The notes under the pieces were generated by a model. The model saw nothing but the letters and a program-made list of their open reading frames with translations, had not been told where the DNA came from and did no database searches. Positions 8,762-17,344 of a stretch of 64,000 nt of DNA are shown piece after piece (the first letter of the stretch is position 1; each line of letters opens with the position of its first letter). Made by a program: the position numbers and the translations under genes. Location of the stretch: the NCBI GenBank assembly GCA_963611815.1, contig CAVDSY010000022.1:93539-157538 (forward strand), written 5' to 3'. The stretch comes from a bacterium. Its GTDB lineage: Bacteria; Bacillota_I; Bacilli_A; RFN20; CAG-826.

Positions 8762-10432
8762 ATGAAAAAGAAATTTGGCGACCTGTTTAAAAACAGGACC
8801 TTCGATGGGGACAACGTCCCTAAGCTGACCAGGATTCTTTATCCGTGGTCCGGAATTTTCCGCGACGCTTGCTACACGATGATCGGCACCTTCTTGATGC
8901 AATACGCGATCACCGCCGGTGTCCTCTCCAGTGACCCCGCGACTTTCAAGGCTCAATACGGCATCATCACCGTCGCGATGATCTTCGCCCTCATTTGGGA
9001 TGGTCTCAATGACCCGATCATGGGCTTCATCATCGAGAAGGTTCACCTCAAAGCCGGCAAATACAGGCCGTGGATCGCAATCGGCGCCATTGGAAACGCT
9101 TTGATGGTCGCGCTCATGTTCTTGGTCCCTCTCACCATGATAGGAGGAGATGGCTGGGGATATGTCGTCTTCATGATAATCGCCTATCTCCTTTGGGATG
9201 TTTGCTTCACGATGAACGACATCGGCTATTGGTCGATGCTTCCTTCTCTCACCAACGACCCCAAACAAAGGGCCAGAATCACCACCAACGTCACCGTTGC
9301 CGCCTCCATCGGCACCGCAATCATGACCCTCTGCATGTACTTGCTCCCCGGACTTATCCCTCTTTCTACCGCCGGCATCTATGCTTTGATCGGCACCTTG
9401 GTGGCAGTGTTCTTCCTGGCTTCGCAGCTTTTCGTCTATTTCCTGTGCAAGGAGAAGCAACGCGATTCAGTCCAAGAGCAGATCTCGGAATCCTCAAGCA
9501 TCCTTGATCTCTTCAAGGTAGTCATCAAAAACCACCAGCTATTGTTCGTCGTTTTGGCGCTTCTTTTCTTCCAGTTCGCTGAGTTTATCCTGACGGGCAT
9601 CGGACAGAATTACTTCTACATGGTCTTCGGCTATGGAGGAAGCAATGGCGGACTCGTGGCCACGGCGATCCTCGCGATTTATATCGTTGCCACCGTCCTG
9701 TCCCAGCTTCTTTACCCAGCTCTGTCGAAGAGGATGAAGCAAAAAACCATCCTCACGACAATGGGCATCATTGTCGTCGTGGGATATCTCGTCTTCTACT
9801 TAGTCGCCTTCCCGCTCTTCGGTGAGAACCCAATCGCCTACAACACACCAGACCCCAGCAATGTTTTCTGGATTCTCGGCGGGACGATGTGGATGTATTA
9901 CGTGACATCTTTCTTCTTCTTCGGCGCGAGCGGCATCTTCTATCTCGCTTTGCTCGTCTTGATGCAGAATGCGATCGATTACAACGAATGGAAGTTCGGC
10001 GAGAGAAAGGAATCGATCTGCTTTGCCTGGCGCCCGCTTGACGTAAAGCTTTGCTCCGGCATGAACCGTGGCTTGCAGTTTATCGTCTATGCCGCTACGG
10101 GGACGAGCCTTTACATCTCCGCGATCTCCAACGCCGAAGCGAACTACAACAGCGTAGCTTATAGCGGCGACGCCGCGGCGAAAGAGGCCGCTGAGATCAG
10201 CAGGAATCAAGCCATTGCCGAGGCTGGTGAAAACATCAGCCAGCATTCGCTAGTCGTCTTCGGCACCATTGTTATTGGCACGATTCTCGTCTCGGTCATC
10301 ATCGCCTATGTCTTGCTCCGCTTCGGCTTCAAAGTCTATGAGGAGGAAGAGGCGAAAATTGTCAAAGACCTCGCCGAGCGCCATAAAGAGGATGAGGCGA
10401 AAGCCCAGTCAGAAATAAAAGCTGAAGCCTGA
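8762..10432 (+). CDS. glycoside-pentoside-hexuronide (GPH/MelB-LacS type) cation symporter
   Basis: The start at 8762 follows an AGGAG SD. About 12 TM segments. The N-terminal KLTRILYPWSGIFRD...DGLNDPIMGFIIEK and KYRPW blocks are typical of the GPH family. The C-terminal tail is charged. Confidence 0.8.
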   Translation: MKKKFGDLFKNRTFDGDNVPKLTRILYPWSGIFRDACYTMIGTFLMQYAITAGVLSSDPATFKAQYGIITVAMIFALIWDGLNDPIMGFIIEKVHLKAGKYRPWIAIGAIGNALMVALMFLVPLTMIGGDGWGYVVFMIIAYLLWDVCFTMNDIGYWSMLPSLTNDPKQRARITTNVTVAASIGTAIMTLCMYLLPGLIPLSTAGIYALIGTLVAVFFLASQLFVYFLCKEKQRDSVQEQISESSSILDLFKVVIKNHQLLFVVLALLFFQFAEFILTGIGQNYFYMVFGYGGSNGGLVATAILAIYIVATVLSQLLYPALSKRMKQKTILTTMGIIVVVGYLVFYLVAFPLFGENPIAYNTPDPSNVFWILGGTMWMYYVTSFFFFGASGIFYLALLVLMQNAIDYNEWKFGERKESICFAWRPLDVKLCSGMNRGLQFIVYAATGTSLYISAISNAEANYNSVAYSGDAAAKEAAEISRNQAIAEAGENISQHSLVVFGTIVIGTILVSVIIAYVLLRFGFKVYEEEEAKIVKDLAERHKEDEAKAQSEIKAEA

Positions 10433-10454
10433 TTTCGCAGCTTAAGCAAAAAAC

Positions 10455-10483
10455 AAAATCCCGGCAAAAACGCCGGGATTTTT
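10455..10483. terminator. bidirectional intrinsic terminator between the convergent transporter and GH2 genes
   Basis: An 11-bp stem AAAATCCCGGC / GCCGGGATTTT is flanked by an A-run and a T-run. Confidence 0.85.
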
Positions 10484-10498
10484 ATGTTTTGCGTGGTT

Positions 10499-12814
10499 TT
10501 AGCGAACGGAAATTGGCAAGGTGAGCGTCTCTTCGCCGTAGATTTTGAGCTCGGCTTTGCAGGGTTTGCCAACCTTTTTGCTGCGAATGTAGATTGAGAT
10601 GCCTCCGCCGACGAGGCAAACATTCTTGGGCCCCATTATTTCAATCGGGCCGGAGGCTTCAAGGAGCAAGCAATCGTTGGCGTAGGCCATCAAGGTGCCG
10701 TTTTGGTCGAGTTTGCGGACGGAGACACGGAGGGCGTCGTAGGTGTCGCCGTTGATGAGCTCGTCTTTTGAGTAGCTGAGCTCGTAATGCCACGAAGCTG
10801 ACATGGATATTGTTTTTTCGGCGAAGGCCTTGCCCTTTTTGTAGGCGATGAAGCGATAGGGCTTGGCCTTTTCGCCTCTCCCGATCAAGAGGTCTTGGAT
10901 TTCCAAGACGGCTTTGCCAATGTCCGGGTTATGCTTCTTCAGCGTGCGGAAGAGGGTCAGTTTCTCTTTCGAGGACAGGCTATCCAGCCCTTGGGCGGCG
11001 TATTGGGATATCGGACCGCTCAAAGCGCGACATTCTTTGTCGTTGTAGCCTAGGCTCTTTAATGTCGAGCCCAAAAGATCGCTGACATGCACAGGCGGAT
11101 GGGGAAGATGGGGGAATTCGTTCTTGGCTGGATAGTAACGTCCCACGTAAAGGCTTCCATGATAGACATCGACGCACTCGGCGTCTGTGAAGATGTAAGG
11201 GCCCTTCAATTTGCAGCCGTTCTCCTCGCCGGGATCGAGATTTCCCATCACGTAGAAGGTGTTTTCTAGACCTTGGGAGGCGTAGAAATAGGCGGCGGGC
11301 TTGGGAAGGCGGAAGATGTCGCTCAAACCATGGTAGCAGATGCGGTCTCCGGCCCCGAAATCCTTGTGGGTGTTGTAGTCGAAGGCGCACCAGGCAATCG
11401 AGCCGCAAAGCTCGTCGTAAGAATAGGAATCGTCCATTACTTTGGCGTGGCGCAGGGCGTGCTCAACCCTTTTGCCTTCGACGTCAAACGATTTGGTCGG
11501 GAACATATGCCCGTTATGCTCGGTGACGAGGACGGGATGCCTTCCCTTGACGTCGCTTAAAGGATCGTCCAATCCGTGCTCCAATGAGCAGCAGGAAAAA
11601 TCGTTGTAGCCATAGATGTCCTCGAGGAGTTCGCTGTGCTTGAAATTCCTCACGCCGATCGATTGCCTTTTCGGATCGAGTTCCTTCTTGACCTGCTCAA
11701 GGGCGGTGTAGAGCTCATGGTCGTCTTGGCTCTCATCGATCCTAAGGCCATAAGCGACAAGGCAAGGGTGATTCCTTTCCTTCATGATCATGCGATAGGT
11801 GAAATCGCGCAGGGTGGCTCGCCACTTTTTGTCCTGCGAGATGTGCTGCCATCCCGGTATTTCGTCGATGAGGAGAAGCCCGATGCGGTCGCAGTGGTCG
11901 AGGAATGATTCGTCATCGCTGTAATGGGAGGTGCGCACGAGGTTTGCGCCCAAGCCGAATTTGAGGATGTTCGCATCGTCCTCTTGAAGCGAAGATGGGG
12001 CTGCCGCGCCGAAATAGGGATAGGTCTGATGGCGGTTGAGTCCTCTTATTTTGACGTTCTCACCATTGAGGAAGAAGCCGTTTGGGGTGAAGCAGACGGT
12101 GCGGAAACCGACGGCGTCTTCCCTTTCGTCATCTCCGTATATGGTTTTCAGGGAATACAGATAGGGATCGTCGAGAGACCAAAGGTGGGCGGAGGGCAGG
12201 TCAAAGACCTCGCCAAGGAATTCGGCGACAGGCTTGCCCTCACGGTAGAGGATGTGGCTGACTTTCAGCTCAGGGGTCGGGTTGACCAGCTTCGTCTTAA
12301 TTTCGAGATGGCCTTCCATGGTCGCGGAGATGAGAACCGAGTCGATATAAGAAGAGGGATGAGCGATGACGGAGACCGCGCGATAAATCCCTCCAAAGGT
12401 CATGTAATCGACGATGTCACCGAAAGGAGGGATACTTTTGTCCTCGCGACTGTCGACGACGACCACGAGGAGGTTGTCTTTTGGTTTGATGAGCTTGCTG
12501 ATGTCGATGTCCACCGGAAGATAGCCGGAGATGAAGTGCCCGAGGCAGATGCCGTTGAAATAGACCTGCATTTGGAGCATCACCCCGTCAAAATGGAGAA
12601 TCTTCACGGGCATCATGGGGTTCTCGTCGTCGAAACGCTTCCCGTAGGTGAATAGCCCTTGGTAGGCTGACTCATCGAATAAGTGGTAGGGGAGCATCTT
12701 CACCGTGTGGGGGAGATCAACGCTCTCGGCCTCCTGTGGGAGCCCCTCAACGTAGCTTGGCTCGTAGCCCGGGAGGAAGGTCCAACCGAATGAAATTGAC
12801 TGTTTTTTTGGCAT
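10499..12814 (-). CDS. glycoside hydrolase family 2 (beta-galactosidase/beta-glucuronidase-like)
   Basis: 771 aa. The TIM-barrel block NLVRTSHYSDDESFLDHCDRIGLLLIDEIPGW is typical of GH2. A sugar-binding N-terminal domain is present. Confidence 0.75.
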   Translation of the reverse strand: MPKKQSISFGWTFLPGYEPSYVEGLPQEAESVDLPHTVKMLPYHLFDESAYQGLFTYGKRFDDENPMMPVKILHFDGVMLQMQVYFNGICLGHFISGYLPVDIDISKLIKPKDNLLVVVVDSREDKSIPPFGDIVDYMTFGGIYRAVSVIAHPSSYIDSVLISATMEGHLEIKTKLVNPTPELKVSHILYREGKPVAEFLGEVFDLPSAHLWSLDDPYLYSLKTIYGDDEREDAVGFRTVCFTPNGFFLNGENVKIRGLNRHQTYPYFGAAAPSSLQEDDANILKFGLGANLVRTSHYSDDESFLDHCDRIGLLLIDEIPGWQHISQDKKWRATLRDFTYRMIMKERNHPCLVAYGLRIDESQDDHELYTALEQVKKELDPKRQSIGVRNFKHSELLEDIYGYNDFSCCSLEHGLDDPLSDVKGRHPVLVTEHNGHMFPTKSFDVEGKRVEHALRHAKVMDDSYSYDELCGSIAWCAFDYNTHKDFGAGDRICYHGLSDIFRLPKPAAYFYASQGLENTFYVMGNLDPGEENGCKLKGPYIFTDAECVDVYHGSLYVGRYYPAKNEFPHLPHPPVHVSDLLGSTLKSLGYNDKECRALSGPISQYAAQGLDSLSSKEKLTLFRTLKKHNPDIGKAVLEIQDLLIGRGEKAKPYRFIAYKKGKAFAEKTISMSASWHYELSYSKDELINGDTYDALRVSVRKLDQNGTLMAYANDCLLLEASGPIEIMGPKNVCLVGGGISIYIRSKKVGKPCKAELKIYGEETLTLPISVR

Positions 12815-12849
12815 GCCGATATTCTAAAACAAAAGCGCGGGGAAATGGG

Positions 12850-12862
12850 GGAAATCGTTTCC
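12850..12862. promoter_or_regulatory. palindrome GGAAA-TCG-TTTCC in the GH2/GH36 divergent promoter region (candidate operator)
   Basis: Read directly. It is only loosely cre-like. Confidence 0.35.
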
Positions 12863-12878
12863 TAGGGAAAGATACCGT

Positions 12879-15203
12879 GTGATAAAATTATCTCAAATGA
12901 TCACCCAGCAAAACCAAGCCTTTCATTTGAAGGGAAAAGAAGTCTCTTACGTCGTCCGCATCAATCCTATCGGAAAACCTGTCCTCGATTACTTTGGCTC
13001 CTCCTTGAATGATGACGAATGCCTTTCCTCTCTCGCTTTTGACCCAGCCCTGCCTGTAAGCAGATCGGTTTCCTATAGCAAAGAGCATCCGGAGATTTGC
13101 CTGTATTCGCTTCCTTTGGAACTCGCGACGCGGGGGAAAGGGGATTTCCTTTCGCCTTCGCTGAAATTAGAGAACGCGAGGACGTCGCTTTTCGATTTCG
13201 TTTTCGTCTCCTCTTCCATCGGCGCCCCAAACGAGATGACGGGGTACCCGAACCCAAGGGGTGCGGACTCGGAACTCGTCTTGCGCTTTGAGGACAAAGT
13301 GACTGGAGCGGAGGCTGAACTCCATTATCTCGTTTATCCTTCCAGCAATGTTTTCGGGCGCTACGTCGTGATAAGAAACACTGCAGAAACGCCATTAATT
13401 GTTCATAAGGCAGCATCGTTGTGCCTGTCGATAGAGGACAAAGGCTATTCTCTGCATACTTTCCGGGGCGGCTGGATCGATGAGTTCCATGAGGAAATAA
13501 GCGCCCCCAATTCGAACCTTATTCGTTTGGAAAGCTCCACGGGTTCTTCCGCCGATCTCCATAATCCCTTCTTCTACCTGGACAGGAAATCGTCCTCTTA
13601 TTCCGATGGCGACTGCATTGGCTTCAATCTCATCTATAGCGGGAATCATCAGGAAGAGGTTCAAAAGAGCAATGGCTATCTGCGTATCGTCTCTGGCCTC
13701 AGCGAAGAGGATTTCGCCCTCTCTCTTCAAAAAGGCGAAAGCTTTGTAACCCCGATGGCCGTTTTCACCTATTCGCCCAAGGGACGAAACGGGATGGCCA
13801 AGAATTTCCATTCTTTCGTCAACGATTCCGTTTTGCCTCTTTCTCATCAAAATGCGCCGCGCCCGATTGTCTATAACAACTGGGAGGGGACCTATTTCAA
13901 GTTCGACGAAGCTAAACTCCACAGCCTTGCCAAACAAATGCAGAAACTGGGCGCAGAGCTTTTTGTTCTCGACGACGGCTGGTTTGGGCAGCGGAACGAC
14001 GACAAATCATCGCTGGGCGATTGGGTCCTGAACGAGGACAAATTGCCGCACGGCATCAAAGGACTCGGCGACTATCTCCATAACAAGGGCTTGCTGTTCG
14101 GGCTTTGGTTTGAGCCTGAAGCCATTTCGCCGAACAGCGACTTGTATCGCGCCCATCCTGACTGGGCGATATCGTGCCCTGGCCGTGAAGCTTCCTTAGG
14201 CAGGAACCAGCTCGTTCTCGACCTCACCAAAAAAGAGGTTCGTGACTATCTTTTTGAGCGCATCTCCCATTTCGTCAACGAGGGGAACGTCGATTTCATA
14301 AAATGGGATTACAACCGCGTGTTCTCTGACGTCCCTAAGAACTCAGGCCTATTCTGTCATCGTTACATTCTTTCCTTGTACGATTTGCTAGGAAAACTCC
14401 GCAAAACCTTCCCCGATCTTTGGATGGAGAATTGTGCTTCGGGTGGGTCGCGCAATGACCTGGGGATGTTCTCTTTCTTCGATACGGGCTGGGTGAGCGA
14501 CGACACGGATTCATTTGAGCGCTCCAAAATCCAAAAGGCCATGATCCTTGGCTATCCGCCGTCTTTGATGTCCAACCACGTCTCGGCCAAGACTAACCAC
14601 CAGACCCTGCGGAAAACCAGTTTCGACACGAAATTCGACGTCGCTTGCTTCGGCGTTTTGGGATATGAGCTCAACCCCAATGACCTAAACCCCATTGAAG
14701 AGAAAGAAATAGCGGACCAAATCGCCTACTACAAAGCAAATAGGCAAATCCTGCAATTCGGCGAGTACCGTTTGCTTGAAGATTATTCCGACAAAGGCGT
14801 CCTCATCCAAGAGATTAACAAGAACGGCGTCTCCATCGTCAACTTCGTGCGTTCCTTGCAGGTGCCTTCCCCAGAGGCCAGGAAGCTCCGCTTAGAAATG
14901 GTCGAGAAGTCGTCGACTTACGATTATGAAGTCAGAAAAGAGGATGTTTCCTTTCTGCGCTTCGGCGGGTTGGTTAACACGCTCGCGCCCATCCATTTGA
15001 AAGAGGAAGGCTTCATTGTGAACGAGATTAGCAAACGGAAATCTCTCGAGAATGAGAAGTTTTCCGGCAGCGTCAGTGGTGATGCCCTCCTCGGTGATGG
15101 GTTGCGGATGAAACAAGAATGGAGCGGAACCGGTATCAATGAAAACGTGGCCATCATTCTCGACTTCGGGGCCAGGCTCTATCGCTTCGCCAAAAAAGTT
15201 TGA
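12879..15203 (+). CDS. alpha-galactosidase, GH36
   Basis: 774 aa. GH36 hallmark blocks are present: FVLDDGWF, KWDYNR and CASGGSRND. The start is GTG 12879; ATG 12897 (MITQQNQAFHL) is an alternative. Confidence 0.9.
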   Translation: MIKLSQMITQQNQAFHLKGKEVSYVVRINPIGKPVLDYFGSSLNDDECLSSLAFDPALPVSRSVSYSKEHPEICLYSLPLELATRGKGDFLSPSLKLENARTSLFDFVFVSSSIGAPNEMTGYPNPRGADSELVLRFEDKVTGAEAELHYLVYPSSNVFGRYVVIRNTAETPLIVHKAASLCLSIEDKGYSLHTFRGGWIDEFHEEISAPNSNLIRLESSTGSSADLHNPFFYLDRKSSSYSDGDCIGFNLIYSGNHQEEVQKSNGYLRIVSGLSEEDFALSLQKGESFVTPMAVFTYSPKGRNGMAKNFHSFVNDSVLPLSHQNAPRPIVYNNWEGTYFKFDEAKLHSLAKQMQKLGAELFVLDDGWFGQRNDDKSSLGDWVLNEDKLPHGIKGLGDYLHNKGLLFGLWFEPEAISPNSDLYRAHPDWAISCPGREASLGRNQLVLDLTKKEVRDYLFERISHFVNEGNVDFIKWDYNRVFSDVPKNSGLFCHRYILSLYDLLGKLRKTFPDLWMENCASGGSRNDLGMFSFFDTGWVSDDTDSFERSKIQKAMILGYPPSLMSNHVSAKTNHQTLRKTSFDTKFDVACFGVLGYELNPNDLNPIEEKEIADQIAYYKANRQILQFGEYRLLEDYSDKGVLIQEINKNGVSIVNFVRSLQVPSPEARKLRLEMVEKSSTYDYEVRKEDVSFLRFGGLVNTLAPIHLKEEGFIVNEISKRKSLENEKFSGSVSGDALLGDGLRMKQEWSGTGINENVAIILDFGARLYRFAKKV

Positions 15204-15228
15204 CAAAGGGAACGGGCCAAACTATGAT
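15200..15228 (+). promoter_or_regulatory. promoter of the initiator tRNA: TTGACA-17-TATGAT
   Basis: The near-consensus hexamers were read directly. The -35 overlaps the GH36 stop codon. Confidence 0.75.
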
Positions 15229-15254
15229 TCTCCTTGCCGCTAAGCGGCAGACAT

Positions 15255-15331
15255 CGCGGGGTAGAGCAGCCCGGTAGCTCGCCAGGCCCATAACCTGGAG
15301 GTCGGTGGATCGAAGCCACCCCCCGCAACCA
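15255..15331 (+). tRNA. initiator tRNA-fMet (anticodon CAT)
   Basis: Manual cloverleaf, 77 nt:
- Acceptor CGCGGGG/CCCCGCA with the C1xA72 mismatch.
- D arm GAGC/GCTC.
- Anticodon arm CCAGG-CCCATAA-CCTGG.
- T arm GGTGG-ATCGAAG-CCACC.
- Encoded ACCA 3' end. Confidence 0.9.
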
Positions 15332-15340
15332 AGTTCACTT

Positions 15341-15363
15341 AGGTCCCTGCTGGGGCCTTTTTT
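15341..15363 (+). terminator. intrinsic terminator after tRNA-fMet
   Basis: AGGTCCC-TGCT-GGGGCCT stem (one G-U pair) followed by TTTTTT. Confidence 0.7.
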
Positions 15364-15376
15364 CAACCTCGCTTTG

Positions 15377-15404
15377 TTGCTTCTTGCACCCATGCTAGTA
15401 AAAT
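15377..15404 (+). promoter_or_regulatory. candidate promoter TTGCTT-16-TAAAAT for the acyltransferase gene
   Basis: Hexamers read directly. Confidence 0.4.
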
Positions 15405-15423
15405 GTGTCGGCAAGGAAAAACC

Positions 15424-16218
15424 ATGAGCAAAAAGCCGAAGATTGTCTACTACCATGACGCTCTAAACGACGACTTCGCCGGGACGAACATCAAAAAGAA
15501 GCCCTTTCCTAAAAAGTACAAATACGTCCATCGTCACAATGTTTTTTGGTCCATCGGGTCATTTTGTCTTTATTACTTCATCGCTTTTCCGATTCTTTGG
15601 CTGGTCGGCAAAATCGGTTATGGCATCAAAGTGAAAGGGAAGAAAAACCTCCGCATCCTTTTCAGAAGGGGAGTTTTCTTTTATGGCAACCACACCCAAA
15701 TCGTCGATGGGTGGCTGGTGCAATGCTTTGTCGCCAACCCCAAGCGCAGCTACGTTCTTGCCGACAGCGATGCCATTTCCATACCTTTTATCCGCCCGCT
15801 CGTCTCCATGCTTGGTTGCTTGCCAATCCCTGACCTTGAGCACAAGGAAGGCTTTGAGGAGGCTATCCGCCATAGGTATGAGCAAAAAAGGGCAATCGTC
15901 ATTTATCCTGAGCGCCACATTTGGCCTTATTGCACGCACATCAGGAACTTCCCTGATGATTCCTTTGTCTACCCAGCCACTTTAGGTGCACCAGTCGTCG
16001 CATTTTGCACGACCTATCGCCGCCCTTATTTTTTTCCCAAACACAGAAAGCCCAAGATGACTATTCATGTCTCGCGCCCTTTCTACCCCGACATGAAAAA
16101 GTCCATCCCTGAGAGAAAGAAAGAGCTGCGCGATGCCGTTTACGAATTCATGCTCGATTACAGCGCCGAGGAAGAGAACGTTGAACACATCGCATATCTG
16201 CCCGCGCCAAAAGAGTGA
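15424..16218 (+). CDS. 1-acyl-sn-glycerol-3-phosphate (lysophospholipid) acyltransferase family protein
   Basis: The start MSKKPK follows an AAGGAA SD. The HX4D motif is present in GNHTQIVDG, along with the IVIYPERH block. There is an N-terminal TM segment. Confidence 0.7.
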   Translation: MSKKPKIVYYHDALNDDFAGTNIKKKPFPKKYKYVHRHNVFWSIGSFCLYYFIAFPILWLVGKIGYGIKVKGKKNLRILFRRGVFFYGNHTQIVDGWLVQCFVANPKRSYVLADSDAISIPFIRPLVSMLGCLPIPDLEHKEGFEEAIRHRYEQKRAIVIYPERHIWPYCTHIRNFPDDSFVYPATLGAPVVAFCTTYRRPYFFPKHRKPKMTIHVSRPFYPDMKKSIPERKKELRDAVYEFMLDYSAEEENVEHIAYLPAPKE

Positions 16219-16225
16219 GCATCTT

Positions 16226-16256
16226 TTGACACCATTAACTGGCCTCCTTTTATAAT
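16226..16256 (+). promoter_or_regulatory. candidate promoter of rubrerythrin: TTGACA ... TATAAT
   Basis: Both hexamers are consensus, but the spacer is 19 nt to TATAAT (17 nt to TTTATA). Confidence 0.5.
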
Positions 16257-16279
16257 AAAGGCACAAAGGAGATTCACTT

Positions 16280-16819
16280 ATGGAACTTAAAGGATCGAAA
16301 ACAGAAAAATGCCTGCAGGAAGCCTTTGCAGGAGAATCCCAAGCGAGGAACAAATACACTTTCTTCGCCTCCAAAGCGAAGAAAGAAGGCTATGAGCAGA
16401 TCGCCGCGCTGTTCCTTGAAACCGCCGACAACGAAAAAGAACACGCCAAGATGTGGTTCAAATACCTTGAAGGCGGGGAAATCAGGACCACGGAAGAAAA
16501 CCTTCAGGAAGCCGCTAACGGCGAATCATATGAGTGGACGAGCATGTATCCCGAATTCGCCAAAATCGCCGAAAGCGAGGGCTTCAAGGAAATCGCCGCG
16601 AAGTTCCGCATGGTCGGTGAGATCGAGAAGCATCATGAGGAACGTTACAAAAAGCTTTTGGAGAATGTGAAGGGTGGAGTCGTCTTCGTCTCTAAAGACG
16701 TTGCCGTTTGGAAATGCCGCAACTGCGGCCACATCATGGTCGGCAAATTCGCCCCGAAGATTTGCCCGGTCTGCAATCATCCTCAATCTTATTTTGAGTT
16801 ATCCGTCGTCGCGTATTGA
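16280..16819 (+). CDS. rbr: rubrerythrin
   Basis: The ferritin-like diiron motifs ([20 protein letters not shown]) and a C-terminal rubredoxin domain (CRNCGH...CPVCNH) are present. Confidence 0.92.
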   Translation: MELKGSKTEKCLQEAFAGESQARNKYTFFASKAKKEGYEQIAALFLETADNEKEHAKMWFKYLEGGEIRTTEENLQEAANGESYEWTSMYPEFAKIAESEGFKEIAAKFRMVGEIEKHHEERYKKLLENVKGGVVFVSKDVAVWKCRNCGHIMVGKFAPKICPVCNHPQSYFELSVVAY

Positions 16820-16833
16820 ACTTATGGCGGATG

Positions 16834-16856
16834 GCCGGGCAATCGCCCGGCTTTTT
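16834..16856 (+). terminator. intrinsic terminator after rbr
   Basis: GCCGGGC-AATC-GCCCGGC followed by TTTTT. Confidence 0.85.
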
Positions 16857-16889
16857 ATGGCCAATTGAGGCGAATCATCAAATTCGCTG

Positions 16890-16918
16890 TTGAAATGTCC
16901 GCCTGAAGTTCGGATAAT
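16890..16918 (+). promoter_or_regulatory. promoter of the tRNA-Asp/tRNA-Phe unit: TTGAAA-17-GATAAT
   Basis: Hexamers read directly. A GC-rich discriminator/hairpin GCGC-GAAA-GCGC follows. Confidence 0.7.
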
Positions 16919-16941
16919 ATTTCTCGCGCGAAAGCGCAGAC

Positions 16942-17018
16942 GGACCATTGGTGTAGTGGTCAAACATGTCTCCCTGTCACGGAGAAGATCACGAGTTCGA
17001 ATCTCGTATGGTCCGCCA
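16942..17018 (+). tRNA. tRNA-Asp (anticodon GTC)
   Basis: Manual cloverleaf, 77 nt:
- Acceptor GGACCAT/ATGGTCC.
- Anticodon arm TCTCC-CTGTCAC-GGAGA.
- T arm ACGAG-TTCGAAT-CTCGT.
- Discriminator G, CCA encoded. Confidence 0.9.
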
Positions 17019-17040
17019 AATTAAGATCCTAGTGTCCTTT

Positions 17041-17072
17041 TCCGTGCCGCGCTCTACCCTGAGCATCGGTCC
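17041..17072 (-). pseudogene. truncated tRNA-like fragment: an inverted copy of the tRNA-Phe 5' half (acceptor 5' strand, D arm, 5' side of the anticodon stem)
   Basis: The reverse complement GGACCGATGCTCAGGGTAGAGCGCGGCACGGA aligns with tRNA-Phe 17087-17121 (GGCCCGATAGCTCAGCTGGTAGAGCACGGCACTGA). About 29 positions match, with 3 gap positions. Confidence 0.55.
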
Positions 17073-17086
17073 TGGACGCTACGCTT

Positions 17087-17162
17087 GGCCCGATAGCTCA
17101 GCTGGTAGAGCACGGCACTGAAAATGCCGGTGTCGGCGGTTCGACCCCGCCTTGGGCCACCA
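17087..17162 (+). tRNA. tRNA-Phe (anticodon GAA)
   Basis: Manual cloverleaf, 76 nt:
- Acceptor GGCCCGA/TTGGGCC.
- D arm GCTC-AGCTGGTA-GAGC.
- Anticodon arm CGGCA-CTGAAAA-TGCCG.
- T arm GGCGG-TTCGACC-CCGCC.
- ACCA encoded. Confidence 0.92.
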
Positions 17163-17173
17163 AAACGAAAAAT

Positions 17174-17194
17174 AAGCGCCTCGGCGCTTTTTTT
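17174..17194 (+). terminator. intrinsic terminator after tRNA-Phe
   Basis: AAGCGC-CTCG-GCGCTT followed by a run of 7 T. Confidence 0.8.
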
Positions 17195-17344
17195 CTTGGC
17201 TGCCCAAGCCGTGTTCTAACGCGCTCTCCACCGTCATTTTCTTCTACCCGGCGACTTGGGACCCGCTTCGCCCCCAAATCGCCTCGTTCAACTTTGGGTA
17301 AAAAGCATAATTACCTTTTATATAAGTGGTGGAGGTGCATAAAT

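Noticed and set aside
15154-15456. 100-aa minus-strand ORF spanning the initiator tRNA
   Set aside because: It overlaps a well-folded tRNA gene, along with that gene's promoter and terminator. The peptide is basic and implausible.
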